Shown piece after piece: positions 14,098-23,146 of a DNA stretch of 43,544 bases (positions are counted from its first letter, which is position 1; each line of letters starts with the position of its first letter). Source of the DNA: a virus (taxonomy: Duplodnaviria; Caudoviricetes); IMG/VR virus record IMGVR_UViG_3300033406_000015, positions 1 through 43,544 of that record; one strand, written 5' to 3'. Made by a program: the position numbers and the translations under genes. Below the pieces are notes generated by a model. The model did no database searches. It saw only the letters and a list, made by a program, of their open reading frames with translations, and was not told the DNA's origin.

Positions 14098-15599
14098 GTC
14101 TCTTCGGCGGCGAATTCCCCCCCCTGCGCGAGTTCCAGACCCGCGCCCATGAATCCCTTCGCGAAGGCGATAGGGCAGGGCACCGGAAGCAAATCATCAT
14201 GGCCCCCACGGGCGCCGGTAAGACCATTCTGGGCCTAAACATCATCAAGAACGCCGTAGACAAGGGCCGGAAGGCGATGTTCCTTTGTGACCGGAAAACC
14301 CTCATCGCGCAGACCTCGGAAGTGGCGCGGACGGTCGGATTGGGGCACCACGGCATCATCCAGGCCCAGAACCCCATGTTCGACATGAGCCGACTGTTTC
14401 AGATCGCCTCATGCCAGACCCTCATGCGCCGTGGCTGGCCTGACGCCGATGTGCTGGTGGTCGATGAGGCCCACTGCCAATACAAGACCTGGGTCGATTA
14501 CGTGATGTCCCCCGATTGCAAGGCCCGTGTCATCGGATTGAGTGCAACCCCCTTTTCCAAGGGCTTGGGCGGCATCTTCACCAACCTCATCAACGCCGCG
14601 ACCATGGACGAGCTTGTGAAGCTCGGGATCCTGGTCCCCATGCGCATCTTCTCCTGCCGGAAGCCCGACATGAGCAACGCTGAGACGCGGGGCGGCGAAT
14701 GGACGGATGAAGCCGCCGCCGCCGCCGAGCTGGTCATCGTGGGCGATGTGGTGAGCGAGTGGTGCAAGCTGTGCCGCGACCGGAAGACCATCATCTTCGG
14801 ACCCACCATCGACTACTGCAACGAGCTTCAGAAGCGGTTTGCAGAGGTGGGTGTCAACATGGCCGTGTTCTGCGCGGACACCCCGGACGACGAACGGGCC
14901 CGCGTTCTGACCGAGTTCAACCGCCATGATTCCGAGATCCGGGGCCTGATCTCTGTTGAGGCCCTGGCCAAGGGATTCGATGTGAAGGATGTCGAGGCGG
15001 TGTGTGACTGCCGCCCCCTCCGTAAGAGCCTTTCCACGGCTATCCAAATGTGGGGCCGTGGGCTTCGATCCTCCAAGGAGACGGGCAAGACGGACTGCTA
15101 TCTCCTGGACTTCTCCGGCAACATCATCCGGTTCGCGGATGACTTCTCCAAGGTCTACTACGAGGGCCTGGACAAGCTGGATGACGGCGAGAAGCTGGAC
15201 AAGGAAGTCCGCAAGGATGACGAAGATCGAGAGCCCAAGGCCTGCCCCCAGTGCGGCTATTCACCCATGGGTAGGCGGTGTGTTGGGTGCGGCTACCAGC
15301 CGGAACCCAAGAGCCTGATCGAGGCCGCGCCTGGCGAGATGCAAGAGATCGTGTTGAACGGCAAGAAACTCGCCACGGACTACATGCACCTCTACGCCCA
15401 GGTGGCCACCTATGCCAAGACCCGGAGCGCCCCCGAAAAGCAGAAGGGCAGGGCTGCGCACCTCTTTAAAGACATGACGGGCCAGTGGCCACCCAAGGAA
15501 TGCCAGATCGAAACGGCCCCATGGGTTGAGCCGACCCGGAACGTCCTGAATAAGATCAAGAGCCTCCAGATCGCCTTCCAGCACCGGAGGGCGTCATGA
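14094..15599 (+). CDS. SF2 DEAD/DEAH helicase with C-terminal zinc ribbon
   Basis: APTGAGKT, DEAH, LSATP, KGFDV, QMWGRGLR, CPQC...CVGC. Confidence 0.92.
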   Translation: MSLFGGEFPPLREFQTRAHESLREGDRAGHRKQIIMAPTGAGKTILGLNIIKNAVDKGRKAMFLCDRKTLIAQTSEVARTVGLGHHGIIQAQNPMFDMSRLFQIASCQTLMRRGWPDADVLVVDEAHCQYKTWVDYVMSPDCKARVIGLSATPFSKGLGGIFTNLINAATMDELVKLGILVPMRIFSCRKPDMSNAETRGGEWTDEAAAAAELVIVGDVVSEWCKLCRDRKTIIFGPTIDYCNELQKRFAEVGVNMAVFCADTPDDERARVLTEFNRHDSEIRGLISVEALAKGFDVKDVEAVCDCRPLRKSLSTAIQMWGRGLRSSKETGKTDCYLLDFSGNIIRFADDFSKVYYEGLDKLDDGEKLDKEVRKDDEDREPKACPQCGYSPMGRRCVGCGYQPEPKSLIEAAPGEMQEIVLNGKKLATDYMHLYAQVATYAKTRSAPEKQKGRAAHLFKDMTGQWPPKECQIETAPWVEPTRNVLNKIKSLQIAFQHRRAS

Positions 15600-16513
15600 G
15601 GCAGACAAGCAACAACGCCTTCGGATCCTGGCCCGGCATCCTTCTGTCCCTGGGGGTCGATGCCAAATTCCTCCGCAATGAGCATGGGCCCTGCCCGATA
15701 TGTGCCCCCAACAAATCCCCGAGTGACAGATTCCGCTTCGATGACAAGGGCACCGGGTCTTTCTTCTGCTCCAGGTGCGGGGCTGGTGATGGGTTCAAGT
15801 TGCTCGAGCTTATCTTCGGGTGGAGCTTCGCCAAGGCTGCCGACGAGGTGGACCGGGTGCTGGGCACCGGAGTCCCCAAGGCCGAGGCCAAGCCTGAGCG
15901 CACCGAGGCCAACAAGCGGGCCTACATGCGCTTGCTTTGGAAGGGGTCCCGCCCTGTGACCCCGGGGGATCCCGTCTGGCTTTATCTGGAGAGGCGCTGC
16001 GGCAACCCCGCCCCATTCCTCCAGGACATCCGGTTCCACCCCGCCCTAAAGCACTCGGTTGACGGCGGGGAGCATCCCGCCATGCTGGCGATGATGGGAT
16101 GGGACGGGGAGAAGTTCTCTGGCATCCATCGCACCTACCTGACCTTGGATGGACAGAAGGCCAACGTGGATCCGGTGCGCATGACCTATGGGGACCTGGG
16201 GCCTGTGCGTCTCGGGCCCATCATGGAGCGCATGGGTATTGCGGAGGGGTTGGAGACGGCCATGTGTGCCTCTCTGCGCTTCGGGGTGCCGGTATGGTCT
16301 GGGATCTCTGCTGAAGGGCTCAAGGCATGGGCGCCGCCCGAGGGATGCCGCTCTGTGTTGGTGTTCGGCGACAACGATGCCAGCTACACCGGGCAGGCGG
16401 CCGCATTTGCGCTGGCTCGTCGGCTGGTGACTGACGGGGTTCAGGTCGAGGTGTGCATCCCCGACCAGGCCGGAACAGATTGGGCAGATGCCCAGATAGC
16501 GATGGTGGCGTGA
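15596..16513 (+). CDS. primase (zinc-binding plus Toprim domains)
   Basis: HGPCPIC...DRFRFDD...CSRCGAGDG; GIHRTYL; IAEGLETA; FGDND. Confidence 0.88.
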   Translation: MRQTSNNAFGSWPGILLSLGVDAKFLRNEHGPCPICAPNKSPSDRFRFDDKGTGSFFCSRCGAGDGFKLLELIFGWSFAKAADEVDRVLGTGVPKAEAKPERTEANKRAYMRLLWKGSRPVTPGDPVWLYLERRCGNPAPFLQDIRFHPALKHSVDGGEHPAMLAMMGWDGEKFSGIHRTYLTLDGQKANVDPVRMTYGDLGPVRLGPIMERMGIAEGLETAMCASLRFGVPVWSGISAEGLKAWAPPEGCRSVLVFGDNDASYTGQAAAFALARRLVTDGVQVEVCIPDQAGTDWADAQIAMVA

Positions 16514-16878
16514 TGGCCGGGTACGCAAAACTCTCCAGCTCGATCATCACCAGCTCGGTCTGGTGTGAGGATGACAAGACCTTCCGGATGTGGATCGCCA
16601 TGCTTGCCATGGCTGATGCGAATGGGCATGTGGATGGCTCCGTGCCTGGCATGGCCCGCCTTCTGGGGTGCACAGTCCAGGAGGCGGAGCACTGCCTTGA
16701 CCGGCTCATGGCACCGGACCCGTACAGTAGAACCTCCGAATGCGAGGGTCGGCGAATCATCAGCGAGCCGGGCGGGTGGCTGGTTGTGAATTACGGGCTC
16801 TACCGGGGGCAGTGCCAGACCAAAGACGGCAGCCGTGCCGAGTATTTCCGCAACTACCGCAAGCGGAGGACTGCATGA
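16513..16878 (+). CDS. replication-initiator-like N-terminal wHTH protein
   Basis: YAKLSSSIITSSVW...WIAMLAMADANG...PDPYSRT..EGRRI....GWLVVNY. Confidence 0.65.
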   Translation: MAGYAKLSSSIITSSVWCEDDKTFRMWIAMLAMADANGHVDGSVPGMARLLGCTVQEAEHCLDRLMAPDPYSRTSECEGRRIISEPGGWLVVNYGLYRGQCQTKDGSRAEYFRNYRKRRTA

Positions 16879-17363
16879 AAACCTCCATGCAACACCCACA
16901 ACTGTTGCGCAACATCCGGGATGTTGCGGGTAACGGTGCGCTACCGTCTCCTGCTTATGCTTATGCTTATGCTTCTGTACCTAGCCAAGGAAAAGAAGTA
17001 AACGTTAAGGAGAGGGGAACCACCCCCGCCCCCCGCGAAAAGGAAATCCAGGCCGCCATCATCCAGGCATTCTGGTTCACCCACCGCATCACCCTCTGGA
17101 TCATCGACGCTGGAAGCGCTGGGATGCGCTCGGGAGCCTCGAAAGGGCAAAAGGGCCACTCCGGTATCCCAGCAGGCTTCCCGGACCTCCTGGGGGTCAT
17201 TCCCGGCGATGGCCGCGCCTTGTTCATCGAGGTCAAGCGGCAGGGTGAGAAGCCTCGGGAGAACCAGGCTGCTTTCCTGGCTGGGCTGAAGGCAAAGGGC
17301 GCTGTCGCTTTCTGGGCCGACAGCGTTGACGCCGCGCTGGCGAAGTTTCAGGAGGCCGCATGA
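16875..17363 (+). CDS. VRR-NUC domain nuclease
   Basis: EKEIQAAI...GFPDLLG...FIEVKR...Q PD-(D/E)xK motif; ATG 16875 with GGAGG SD. Confidence 0.82.
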   Translation: MKTSMQHPQLLRNIRDVAGNGALPSPAYAYAYASVPSQGKEVNVKERGTTPAPREKEIQAAIIQAFWFTHRITLWIIDAGSAGMRSGASKGQKGHSGIPAGFPDLLGVIPGDGRALFIEVKRQGEKPRENQAAFLAGLKAKGAVAFWADSVDAALAKFQEAA

Positions 17364-17593
17364 GAGTCTCCATGATCGAGCCTGGAGGAGTCTACGCCAG
17401 CAACTGCGGGAACGTCCGTGAAGTGGTCTCCATCGAGGGCGACTCCCTGACCTACCGCGTGGTGAGAACCACCTGCAAGAGCGGCCTCCCGTTCTACTTC
17501 GTGCCCGGCCGCCTGGTGACCGTGGGGCGTGAGGCTTTCGCCCGATGGGCTGACCGAGAGGTTTCAGACACAGAGTTCAGGGGGATCGCATGA
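17360..17593 (+). CDS. hypothetical protein
   Basis: AGGAGG SD; ATGA-coupled on both sides. Confidence 0.65.
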   Translation: MRVSMIEPGGVYASNCGNVREVVSIEGDSLTYRVVRTTCKSGLPFYFVPGRLVTVGREAFARWADREVSDTEFRGIA

Positions 17594-18069
17594 AGCCTTG
17601 GAACTCAACAGATCGGTTCTGGTCAAAGGTCCAGAAGATTGAAGGGGATAAATGCTGGGTTTGGACGGCGTGTAAGGACCCGAATGGTTACGGTAGGTTT
17701 CGGCTCCCAGATGGCCGCACTGCTCTCGCCCACCGCGTCGCATACCTCCTTGAGAAGGGCGAAATCCCTGATGGTATGGAGTTAGACCACAAGTGCAATA
17801 ACCCAACATGTGTTAACCCATCACACCTTAGACCATGCACAAGTCGAGAAAACAAGTGGAACAGGAAGCACGGGAAAGTGAGTTCTTCCGGGCTACGCGG
17901 CGTGACCCGGCATGGCCGAGGTTGGCGCGCAAAGATCTCCATCAATGGCCAACTGGTCTACCTTGGCACCTTCGAAACCAAGGAGGAGGCGCATTCCGCG
18001 TACTGCGAGGCCGCCAACCAAAACTTTGGGGAGTTCGCAAATGTTGACATCAAGGGGTCGGTGGCATGA
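17590..18069 (+). CDS. HNH endonuclease with AP2 DNA-binding domain
   Basis: FWSKV...CWVW...GYG...AHRVAY...LDHKCNNPTCVNPSHL; GVT...WRAKI...YLGTFETKEEA. Confidence 0.9.
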   Translation: MKPWNSTDRFWSKVQKIEGDKCWVWTACKDPNGYGRFRLPDGRTALAHRVAYLLEKGEIPDGMELDHKCNNPTCVNPSHLRPCTSRENKWNRKHGKVSSSGLRGVTRHGRGWRAKISINGQLVYLGTFETKEEAHSAYCEAANQNFGEFANVDIKGSVA

Positions 18070-18467
18070 AGTTATGGAATAGTTCGTTGAACGTCAAGCG
18101 CATCAAGCCCCGCCGAACCGCCCCCCAGACCCCCCAAAAAGGCGAGGGAGCCGCCATCCTCCACCCCGGGCCCTTCCGGTCTCAGACCATCCGAGACCTG
18201 GCGGCCGAAGCTCCCCACTGCATGGAATGCGGGAAGCGGAACGCCGGGGATGTTGTGGCCTGCCATCCCAATTCACTCGAGTACGGGAAGGGCATGGGGC
18301 AGAAGGCGCACGACTGCCCGGCGTATCTGTGTGGGGATTGTCATAACCTCCTCGACGGCAGGGCCGGCGAACTCACCGCCGATGAGAAGGCCGTGATGTT
18401 CCTTCGGGCCGCTTACCGGTCCTGGGTGTGGCTCATGCGAGAAGGGCACTTGAAGGTGGCGGCATGA
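18066..18467 (+). CDS. DUF1364/YbcO-like nuclease-domain protein
   Basis: CMEC...VVACH...GMGQK...LCGDCHNLLDG. Confidence 0.7.
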   Translation: MKLWNSSLNVKRIKPRRTAPQTPQKGEGAAILHPGPFRSQTIRDLAAEAPHCMECGKRNAGDVVACHPNSLEYGKGMGQKAHDCPAYLCGDCHNLLDGRAGELTADEKAVMFLRAAYRSWVWLMREGHLKVAA

Positions 18468-18871
18468 ACAAGCTCACCTTCATCCTCCAGCCCACCCCCC
18501 ACCCCGCCCGGCGCAACTGCTGGGAAGCGATCAAGGCCCTGCCTGATGGCTATGTGGTCACGATCCAGGAGCCCAAGCGAACCGTCCAGCAGAACGCGAT
18601 GATGTGGGCGATGCTCGGCGAGGTGTCCAAGCAGGTGATCTGGCACGGACAGACACTGAGCTCCGAGGAGTGGAAGCACGTCTTCACTGCAGCGTTGAAG
18701 CGGCAAAAAGTTGTCCCCGGCCTGGATGGGGGCTTTGTGGTCCTCGGTCAATCCACCAGCCGCATGAGCAAGAAGGAAATCAGCGACCTCGTGGAGCTGA
18801 TGAGGGCGTTCGGGAGCGACCCCGCGCACTTCGTCGACTTCAAGGATGTCGAATGGGAGATGGCCTCATGA
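18464..18871 (+). CDS. ninB: NinB-family recombination protein
   Basis: KRTVQQNAMMWAMLGEVSKQVIWHG..LSSEEWK...VVPGLDGGFVVLGQSTSRM. Confidence 0.88.
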   Translation: MNKLTFILQPTPHPARRNCWEAIKALPDGYVVTIQEPKRTVQQNAMMWAMLGEVSKQVIWHGQTLSSEEWKHVFTAALKRQKVVPGLDGGFVVLGQSTSRMSKKEISDLVELMRAFGSDPAHFVDFKDVEWEMAS

Positions 18872-19005
18872 ACACCCTGAACCGACTCAGAGCCATGACA
18901 CCCGAGCAGCTGGAGCGATGGAGGCGGGCCCGGCTGGGAGCGTTCACGCTTCCGGAGCGCCAGGCGCTTGAGGTGATCTATCGAGAGAGGGGGCAGTCCG
19001 CATGA
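18868..19005 (+). CDS. small hypothetical protein
   Basis: MNTLNRLRAMTPEQLE...; ATGA-coupled on both sides. Confidence 0.5.
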   Translation: MNTLNRLRAMTPEQLERWRRARLGAFTLPERQALEVIYRERGQSA

Positions 19006-19166
19006 TCTGCGCAGAAAAGAAACGCTACCCATCCAAGCGCTTTGCCGACGAGGCCAAAAAGAAGCGCATACGAGAGAACCCAACCCTGGAGCTGAGGTCT
19101 TACTTCTGTCCAGCCTGCGGGAAATGGCACCTGACGCACCAGGTGCAAGAGGAGGAGGCGGCATGA
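19002..19166 (+). CDS. 54-aa zinc-binding phage protein (not in ORF track)
   Basis: MICAEKKRYPSKRFA...LRSYFCPACGKWHLT; coupled to terS. Confidence 0.65.
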   Translation: MICAEKKRYPSKRFADEAKKKRIRENPTLELRSYFCPACGKWHLTHQVQEEEAA

Positions 19167-19591
19167 GCCGAAAAGCAACTGACCCAGAAACAGGGCTCAC
19201 GCCAAAACAAGAGGCGTTCTGCCTCGTCTTGGCCAAGACTGGCAATGCTTCCGAGGCCTATCGGCAAGCCTATGACGCCTCACGCATGAAGCCGGAGACG
19301 ATTACCCGAAAAGCCGCCGAGTTGGCGGCGAACGGCAACATACGGGCAAGGCTGGCATCTTTGCGGTCGGACGCCAGGAAGCAGTCTGGGATTACCCTTG
19401 CCGATCACCTGCGGGACCTGCGGACCTTGCGAGAGGAAGCGCGGGGTGCGATGCAGATCAGCGCCGCTGTCAGTGCTGAGGTGGCGAGGGGCAAGGTTTC
19501 AGGTCTCTATGACAGCAAGGACGAGGATTCCGCAGCCCCTGCGCCTGTGGCGGTGACGATCAATGTCGTGGATGGGAGGAAGCCCGCATGA
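19163..19591 (+). CDS. terS: terminase small subunit
   Basis: LTPKQEAFC...GNASEAYRQAY; GGAGG SD; upstream of terL. Confidence 0.88.
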   Translation: MSRKATDPETGLTPKQEAFCLVLAKTGNASEAYRQAYDASRMKPETITRKAAELAANGNIRARLASLRSDARKQSGITLADHLRDLRTLREEARGAMQISAAVSAEVARGKVSGLYDSKDEDSAAPAPVAVTINVVDGRKPA

Positions 19592-19683
19592 GCACACGCA
19601 TCCTTTGGGCAATCGCCATCCTGAATACGGCCTCGATGATTGTGAATATCTACACCCTTTGGCGCGAGTGGGGCCGCAATTGA
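19588..19683 (+). CDS. 31-aa single-TM peptide between terS and terL (not in ORF track)
   Basis: GGGAGG SD; MSTRILWAIAILNTASMIVNIYTLWREWGRN*; ATGA overlap with terS and TTGA overlap with terL. Confidence 0.55.
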   Translation: MSTRILWAIAILNTASMIVNIYTLWREWGRN

Positions 19684-20987
19684 CCATCCTTTCTCCCACC
19701 CTCAACATCCCCCAGGCACAATTCCTGGCGATGCCCCACAAGTTCAAAGCCTTCGTGGCCGGGTTTGGCAGTGGCAAAACCTGGGTTGGTTGTGGAGGGC
19801 AGGGGAAGCACTTCTACGAGCATCCCCGCATCAACACAGGCTATTTCGCGCCGACCTATCCCCAGATCCGCGACATCTTCTATCCCACCGTGGAGGAGGT
19901 TTTCCACGACTGGGGACTGACGGCCAAGGTCAAGCAAGCCAACCATGAGGTTGAGGTCCATCAGGGCCGCCGCTACATGGGGCAGATCCTATGCCGATCT
20001 ATGGAAGACCCTGGGTCCATCGTGGGCTTCAAGATCGGCCACGCCCAGGTTGACGAAATCGACGTGATGCCAAGAGAGAAGGCGCAGAACGCATGGCGGA
20101 AGATCCTCGCCCGCATGCGCTACAACGTCGACGGCCTACGGAATGGGGTGGATGTCACCACGACACCCGAGGGATTCCGGTTTGTATATGATCAATTTGT
20201 TTCACAGAAAGTAAAACACCCGGAGCATGGGGCATTTTACGGGATTATTCAAGCAAGCACTTATGACAATGAGATCTATCTGCCCCCGGATTACATCCCA
20301 TCACTGCTCCAGTCCTACCCTGAAAACCTGATCAGCGCCTACATCGACGGGCAGTTTGTGAACCTCCAAACGGGGACCGTCTACCAGGCGTATAACCGGA
20401 GGCTGAATCACTGCGCTGATTCCGTAGAGCCTGGAGAGGTGATCTTCGTCGGCATGGACTTCAACGTGGGCAAGATGGCGGCCATTGTCCATGTGAAGCG
20501 GGATGGCAATCCCCGGGCCGTGGACGAGATCGTGAACGCCTACGACACCCCGGACATGATCAAGCGGATCCAAGAGCGGTTCTGGCGGTGGAACGGAAGT
20601 GCCTATGAGCGCAACCGCCAAATCCGGATCTACCCCGATGCCTCTGGCGGGTCCAGGCGATCTGTGAACGCATCTGAGACGGACATTGCCCTACTCAAGG
20701 CCGCTGGGTTCATCGTCTCCGCGCCTGACGCCAACCCGCCCGTGAAGGACCGCATCAACGCCATGAACGGCATGTTCCGCAATGCAGAGGGCGTGAGGCG
20801 GTATCTCGTCAACGCCGACAAATGCCCCACCTATGCCGACTGCCTGGAGCAACAGGCATGGGCGACCAATGGCGAGCCCGACAAGGCTGGAGGGCACGAC
20901 CACGCCAATGACGCCGCTGGCTACTTCATCCATCGGGAGTTCCCCATCGTGCGCAAAACCGCCACCTTCCACCCCTTCGCCCTCTGA
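19680..20987 (+). CDS. terL: terminase large subunit
   Basis: VAGFGSGKT Walker A, AQVDE Walker B, TTTPEG, nuclease GMDFN and DHANDA; likely TTG start at 19680. Confidence 0.93.
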   Translation: MTILSPTLNIPQAQFLAMPHKFKAFVAGFGSGKTWVGCGGQGKHFYEHPRINTGYFAPTYPQIRDIFYPTVEEVFHDWGLTAKVKQANHEVEVHQGRRYMGQILCRSMEDPGSIVGFKIGHAQVDEIDVMPREKAQNAWRKILARMRYNVDGLRNGVDVTTTPEGFRFVYDQFVSQKVKHPEHGAFYGIIQASTYDNEIYLPPDYIPSLLQSYPENLISAYIDGQFVNLQTGTVYQAYNRRLNHCADSVEPGEVIFVGMDFNVGKMAAIVHVKRDGNPRAVDEIVNAYDTPDMIKRIQERFWRWNGSAYERNRQIRIYPDASGGSRRSVNASETDIALLKAAGFIVSAPDANPPVKDRINAMNGMFRNAEGVRRYLVNADKCPTYADCLEQQAWATNGEPDKAGGHDHANDAAGYFIHREFPIVRKTATFHPFAL

Positions 20988-20994
20988 GGTGCCC

Positions 20995-21267
20995 ATGACC
21001 TACCTCGAAGACCTCCTAATGGACGCCATAAGCGGGATCACCCCCGCCCAGGCGCGCCAGGCCCTCGAAGTCCTTCAGCGGGTCGAAGTGATCACCCACG
21101 CCTCGGTGGAGCGGTTCGAGCGGGACGCCAAGCTCTACCAGCTGCGCGGGAGCGGCCTGGGTTGCACCATCCTTGCCGCCCGGTTCTCGATGCCCCGGGA
21201 ATGCGTCTTCCGGGCCATCCGAGAACACGCCAAACGCCGACGCGCTGTGCTCCTGATGGCCAGCTAG
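20995..21267 (+). CDS. Mor/C-like HTH transcription activator (candidate late activator)
   Basis: C-terminal ERDAKLYQL...LAARFSMPRECVFRAIR; GAGGT SD. Confidence 0.55.
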   Translation: MTYLEDLLMDAISGITPAQARQALEVLQRVEVITHASVERFERDAKLYQLRGSGLGCTILAARFSMPRECVFRAIREHAKRRRAVLLMAS

Positions 21268-21269
21268 GA

Positions 21270-21306
21270 AGTAACACCCAGAAGTCACACGCAAGCCCCG
21301 ACCCTG
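21270..21306 (+). promoter_or_regulatory. putative late promoter/activator site 1
   Basis: AGTAACACCCAGAAGTCACAC, then GACCCT 9 nt later; near-copy at 25606. Confidence 0.55.
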
Positions 21307-21389
21307 TGACCCAGGGAGGGGCACCATGCACAGACGCGCTGACGGCTTAGGCCGATTGAACCCACGCCCCTCCCGGTTGGGGGCTTAGG

Positions 21390-21827
21390 ATGCAACTCAC
21401 CACGCATTTCAGCCTTGAAGAGCTGAGTGTCACCAACACCAGCAACGACAACGTGGTGCCAGACTCCCTTTTTGGAGCGGTATCCAGATTGGCCCAACTT
21501 CTGGAGATGTGCCGATCCGCCCTGAACGTGCCCCTTCGGGTCACCTCTGGGTATCGGTCCCAGGCCGTGAACGCCAAGGTGGGCGGCGCTCGCAATTCGG
21601 CCCACCTGTATGGCAGGGCCGCTGACTTCGTGCTGGTTTCTGACTCCTGGACGCTCCGGGAGGCTTTTGAACGCCTCCGCAGCGACGAATCGATCCCCTA
21701 CGACCAAATCATTCTCGAGCCTGCGTGGATTCACATCGCCATAGCTGCGGCTGGAGCGTCACCTCGCCGATCTCAACTCGTGGCTAGGGCTGGGCAGCGG
21801 GGCATGGTTTACGAGGCTGCGAAATGA
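21390..21827 (+). CDS. endolysin, peptidase M15 family
   Basis: HFSLEEL, VTSGYRS...N..VGGA..SAH..GRAAD, WIHI. Confidence 0.88.
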   Translation: MQLTTHFSLEELSVTNTSNDNVVPDSLFGAVSRLAQLLEMCRSALNVPLRVTSGYRSQAVNAKVGGARNSAHLYGRAADFVLVSDSWTLREAFERLRSDESIPYDQIILEPAWIHIAIAAAGASPRRSQLVARAGQRGMVYEAAK

Positions 21828-22063
21828 AGATCGCCCGCGACAAACAACTCCACATTGGTTCCGGCATGGCCCTGGCGCTCGTCACGATCTGGTTTGGATT
21901 CTGGGTGTCCCTCGCTGTTGTCCTCTGCGCTGCGGTGGGCAAGGAGGCGTACGACTACCTCCACCCCGACAAGCACACCTGCGACGTCTGGGACGCGGTG
22001 GCAACGGTTGCCGGCGCCCTTCCGGTATGGGCTATCGCTGCGCTGGCGGGGTGGTTGGGATGA
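21824..22063 (+). CDS. small membrane protein of the lysis cassette
   Basis: DKQLH...GKEAYD...DAVAT with hydrophobic helices. Confidence 0.7.
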   Translation: MKIARDKQLHIGSGMALALVTIWFGFWVSLAVVLCAAVGKEAYDYLHPDKHTCDVWDAVATVAGALPVWAIAALAGWLG

Positions 22064-22338
22064 AGGCGTTTATCTTGAAGCTACTCTCTGCCGGAGGCCC
22101 CCAAGCCAAGAAGGTGGCCTACCTCGCGGTGGTCCTCTCGGCTTGTGCCTATCTCGCGTGGGATCTGCGGGCCGGTCGTATCACCTGGGAGTGGGTTGGG
22201 GCCCTGACAGCAACGCTCGGGGCCGTGACGGGTGGCTACATCAAAGGCAAACAAGTCTCAGCTTCGGCTGGACCTGCCGGGGGCGCTGTGGGTAGCAGCG
22301 CGGGCCCCGGCGACTATCGCCCGGAGGGCACGGAATGA
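22060..22338 (+). CDS. holin candidate
   Basis: Two hydrophobic segments; lies in the lysis cassette. Confidence 0.55.
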   Translation: MKAFILKLLSAGGPQAKKVAYLAVVLSACAYLAWDLRAGRITWEWVGALTATLGAVTGGYIKGKQVSASAGPAGGAVGSSAGPGDYRPEGTE

Positions 22339-22928
22339 ACTACCGCGCCGCTCTCGCCATAGCCGTGGCCGTCCTTGCGCTCTCCTATGGCGGCGTCTGG
22401 GCATGGAACCGCCACAAGCAGGCCCAGGCCTCGCAGTTGTCCACTGAATCCACCCAATCCCACGGGGAGGCAATTGCCCATGTCGATCAGGCCCACGCCC
22501 TTGAATCGCAGGAGAAGCAGCAGGCCCAAGCCCTCCGGGATGCGGAATCCAAGGTTGCAGACCTCAAGGCCAAGCTGGCGCGGGCGCTTCAGCAGCCCAA
22601 GGGTTCAATGCAACCTCCAGGCGATCCCGTGGGTGGGGATCATGGTGTTCCTGCCAGCCCGCCTCAGCCTGTGGTGGATGATGGATTGAAAGACCAAATC
22701 ATCGCCGCCCAGGATGTGCAGATCCAGGGCCTGAAAGCCCAGGTGGTCACCATCTCGGCTAGCCGGGACCAATGGAAGGGCGCCTACGAGGCCTCTGAGC
22801 GGTCCCGTATCGCTGAGGGCATGGCGAAGGATGCCGCGCTGGCTGCCGTGAAGGCATCGCGGTGGCAGGGGCGCATTGAGGGATTCGCGGTCGGTGTGGC
22901 CGCTGGACTCGCAGGGGGGAAGCTGTGA
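22335..22928 (+). CDS. membrane-anchored coiled-coil protein (spanin-like candidate)
   Basis: N-terminal TM, two coiled coils separated by a Pro-rich linker, hydrophobic Gly-rich C-terminus. Confidence 0.55.
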   Translation: MNYRAALAIAVAVLALSYGGVWAWNRHKQAQASQLSTESTQSHGEAIAHVDQAHALESQEKQQAQALRDAESKVADLKAKLARALQQPKGSMQPPGDPVGGDHGVPASPPQPVVDDGLKDQIIAAQDVQIQGLKAQVVTISASRDQWKGAYEASERSRIAEGMAKDAALAAVKASRWQGRIEGFAVGVAAGLAGGKL

Positions 22929-23146
22929 ATGAGATCGTCCAAAAATTCGGCCCATGGGCGCTTTCATTCCTGGTCCTCGGGGGAATGTTGAAATTCCTGG
23001 TCACCGACAAGCTGAAAGTCATCATGCATAAGCTCGACCTGGTGGATAAGCATGAAACCGAGCTCGCCCTCATCAAGCAGCTGATGGAGTTCAACGGATG
23101 TGGGTCCTCTGACCCTGCCTGCCGCAGGCGGAAGGGTGAACAATGA
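22925..23146 (+). CDS. small single-TM protein
   Basis: GTG start; WALSFLVLGGML, then a short coiled coil. Confidence 0.6.
   Translation: MNEIVQKFGPWALSFLVLGGMLKFLVTDKLKVIMHKLDLVDKHETELALIKQLMEFNGCGSSDPACRRRKGEQ

Noticed and set aside
19563-19679. N-terminal extension of TerL given in the ORF track
   Set aside because: Overlaps terS, looks non-conserved, and is better explained by the coupled mini-ORF and a TTG start at 19680
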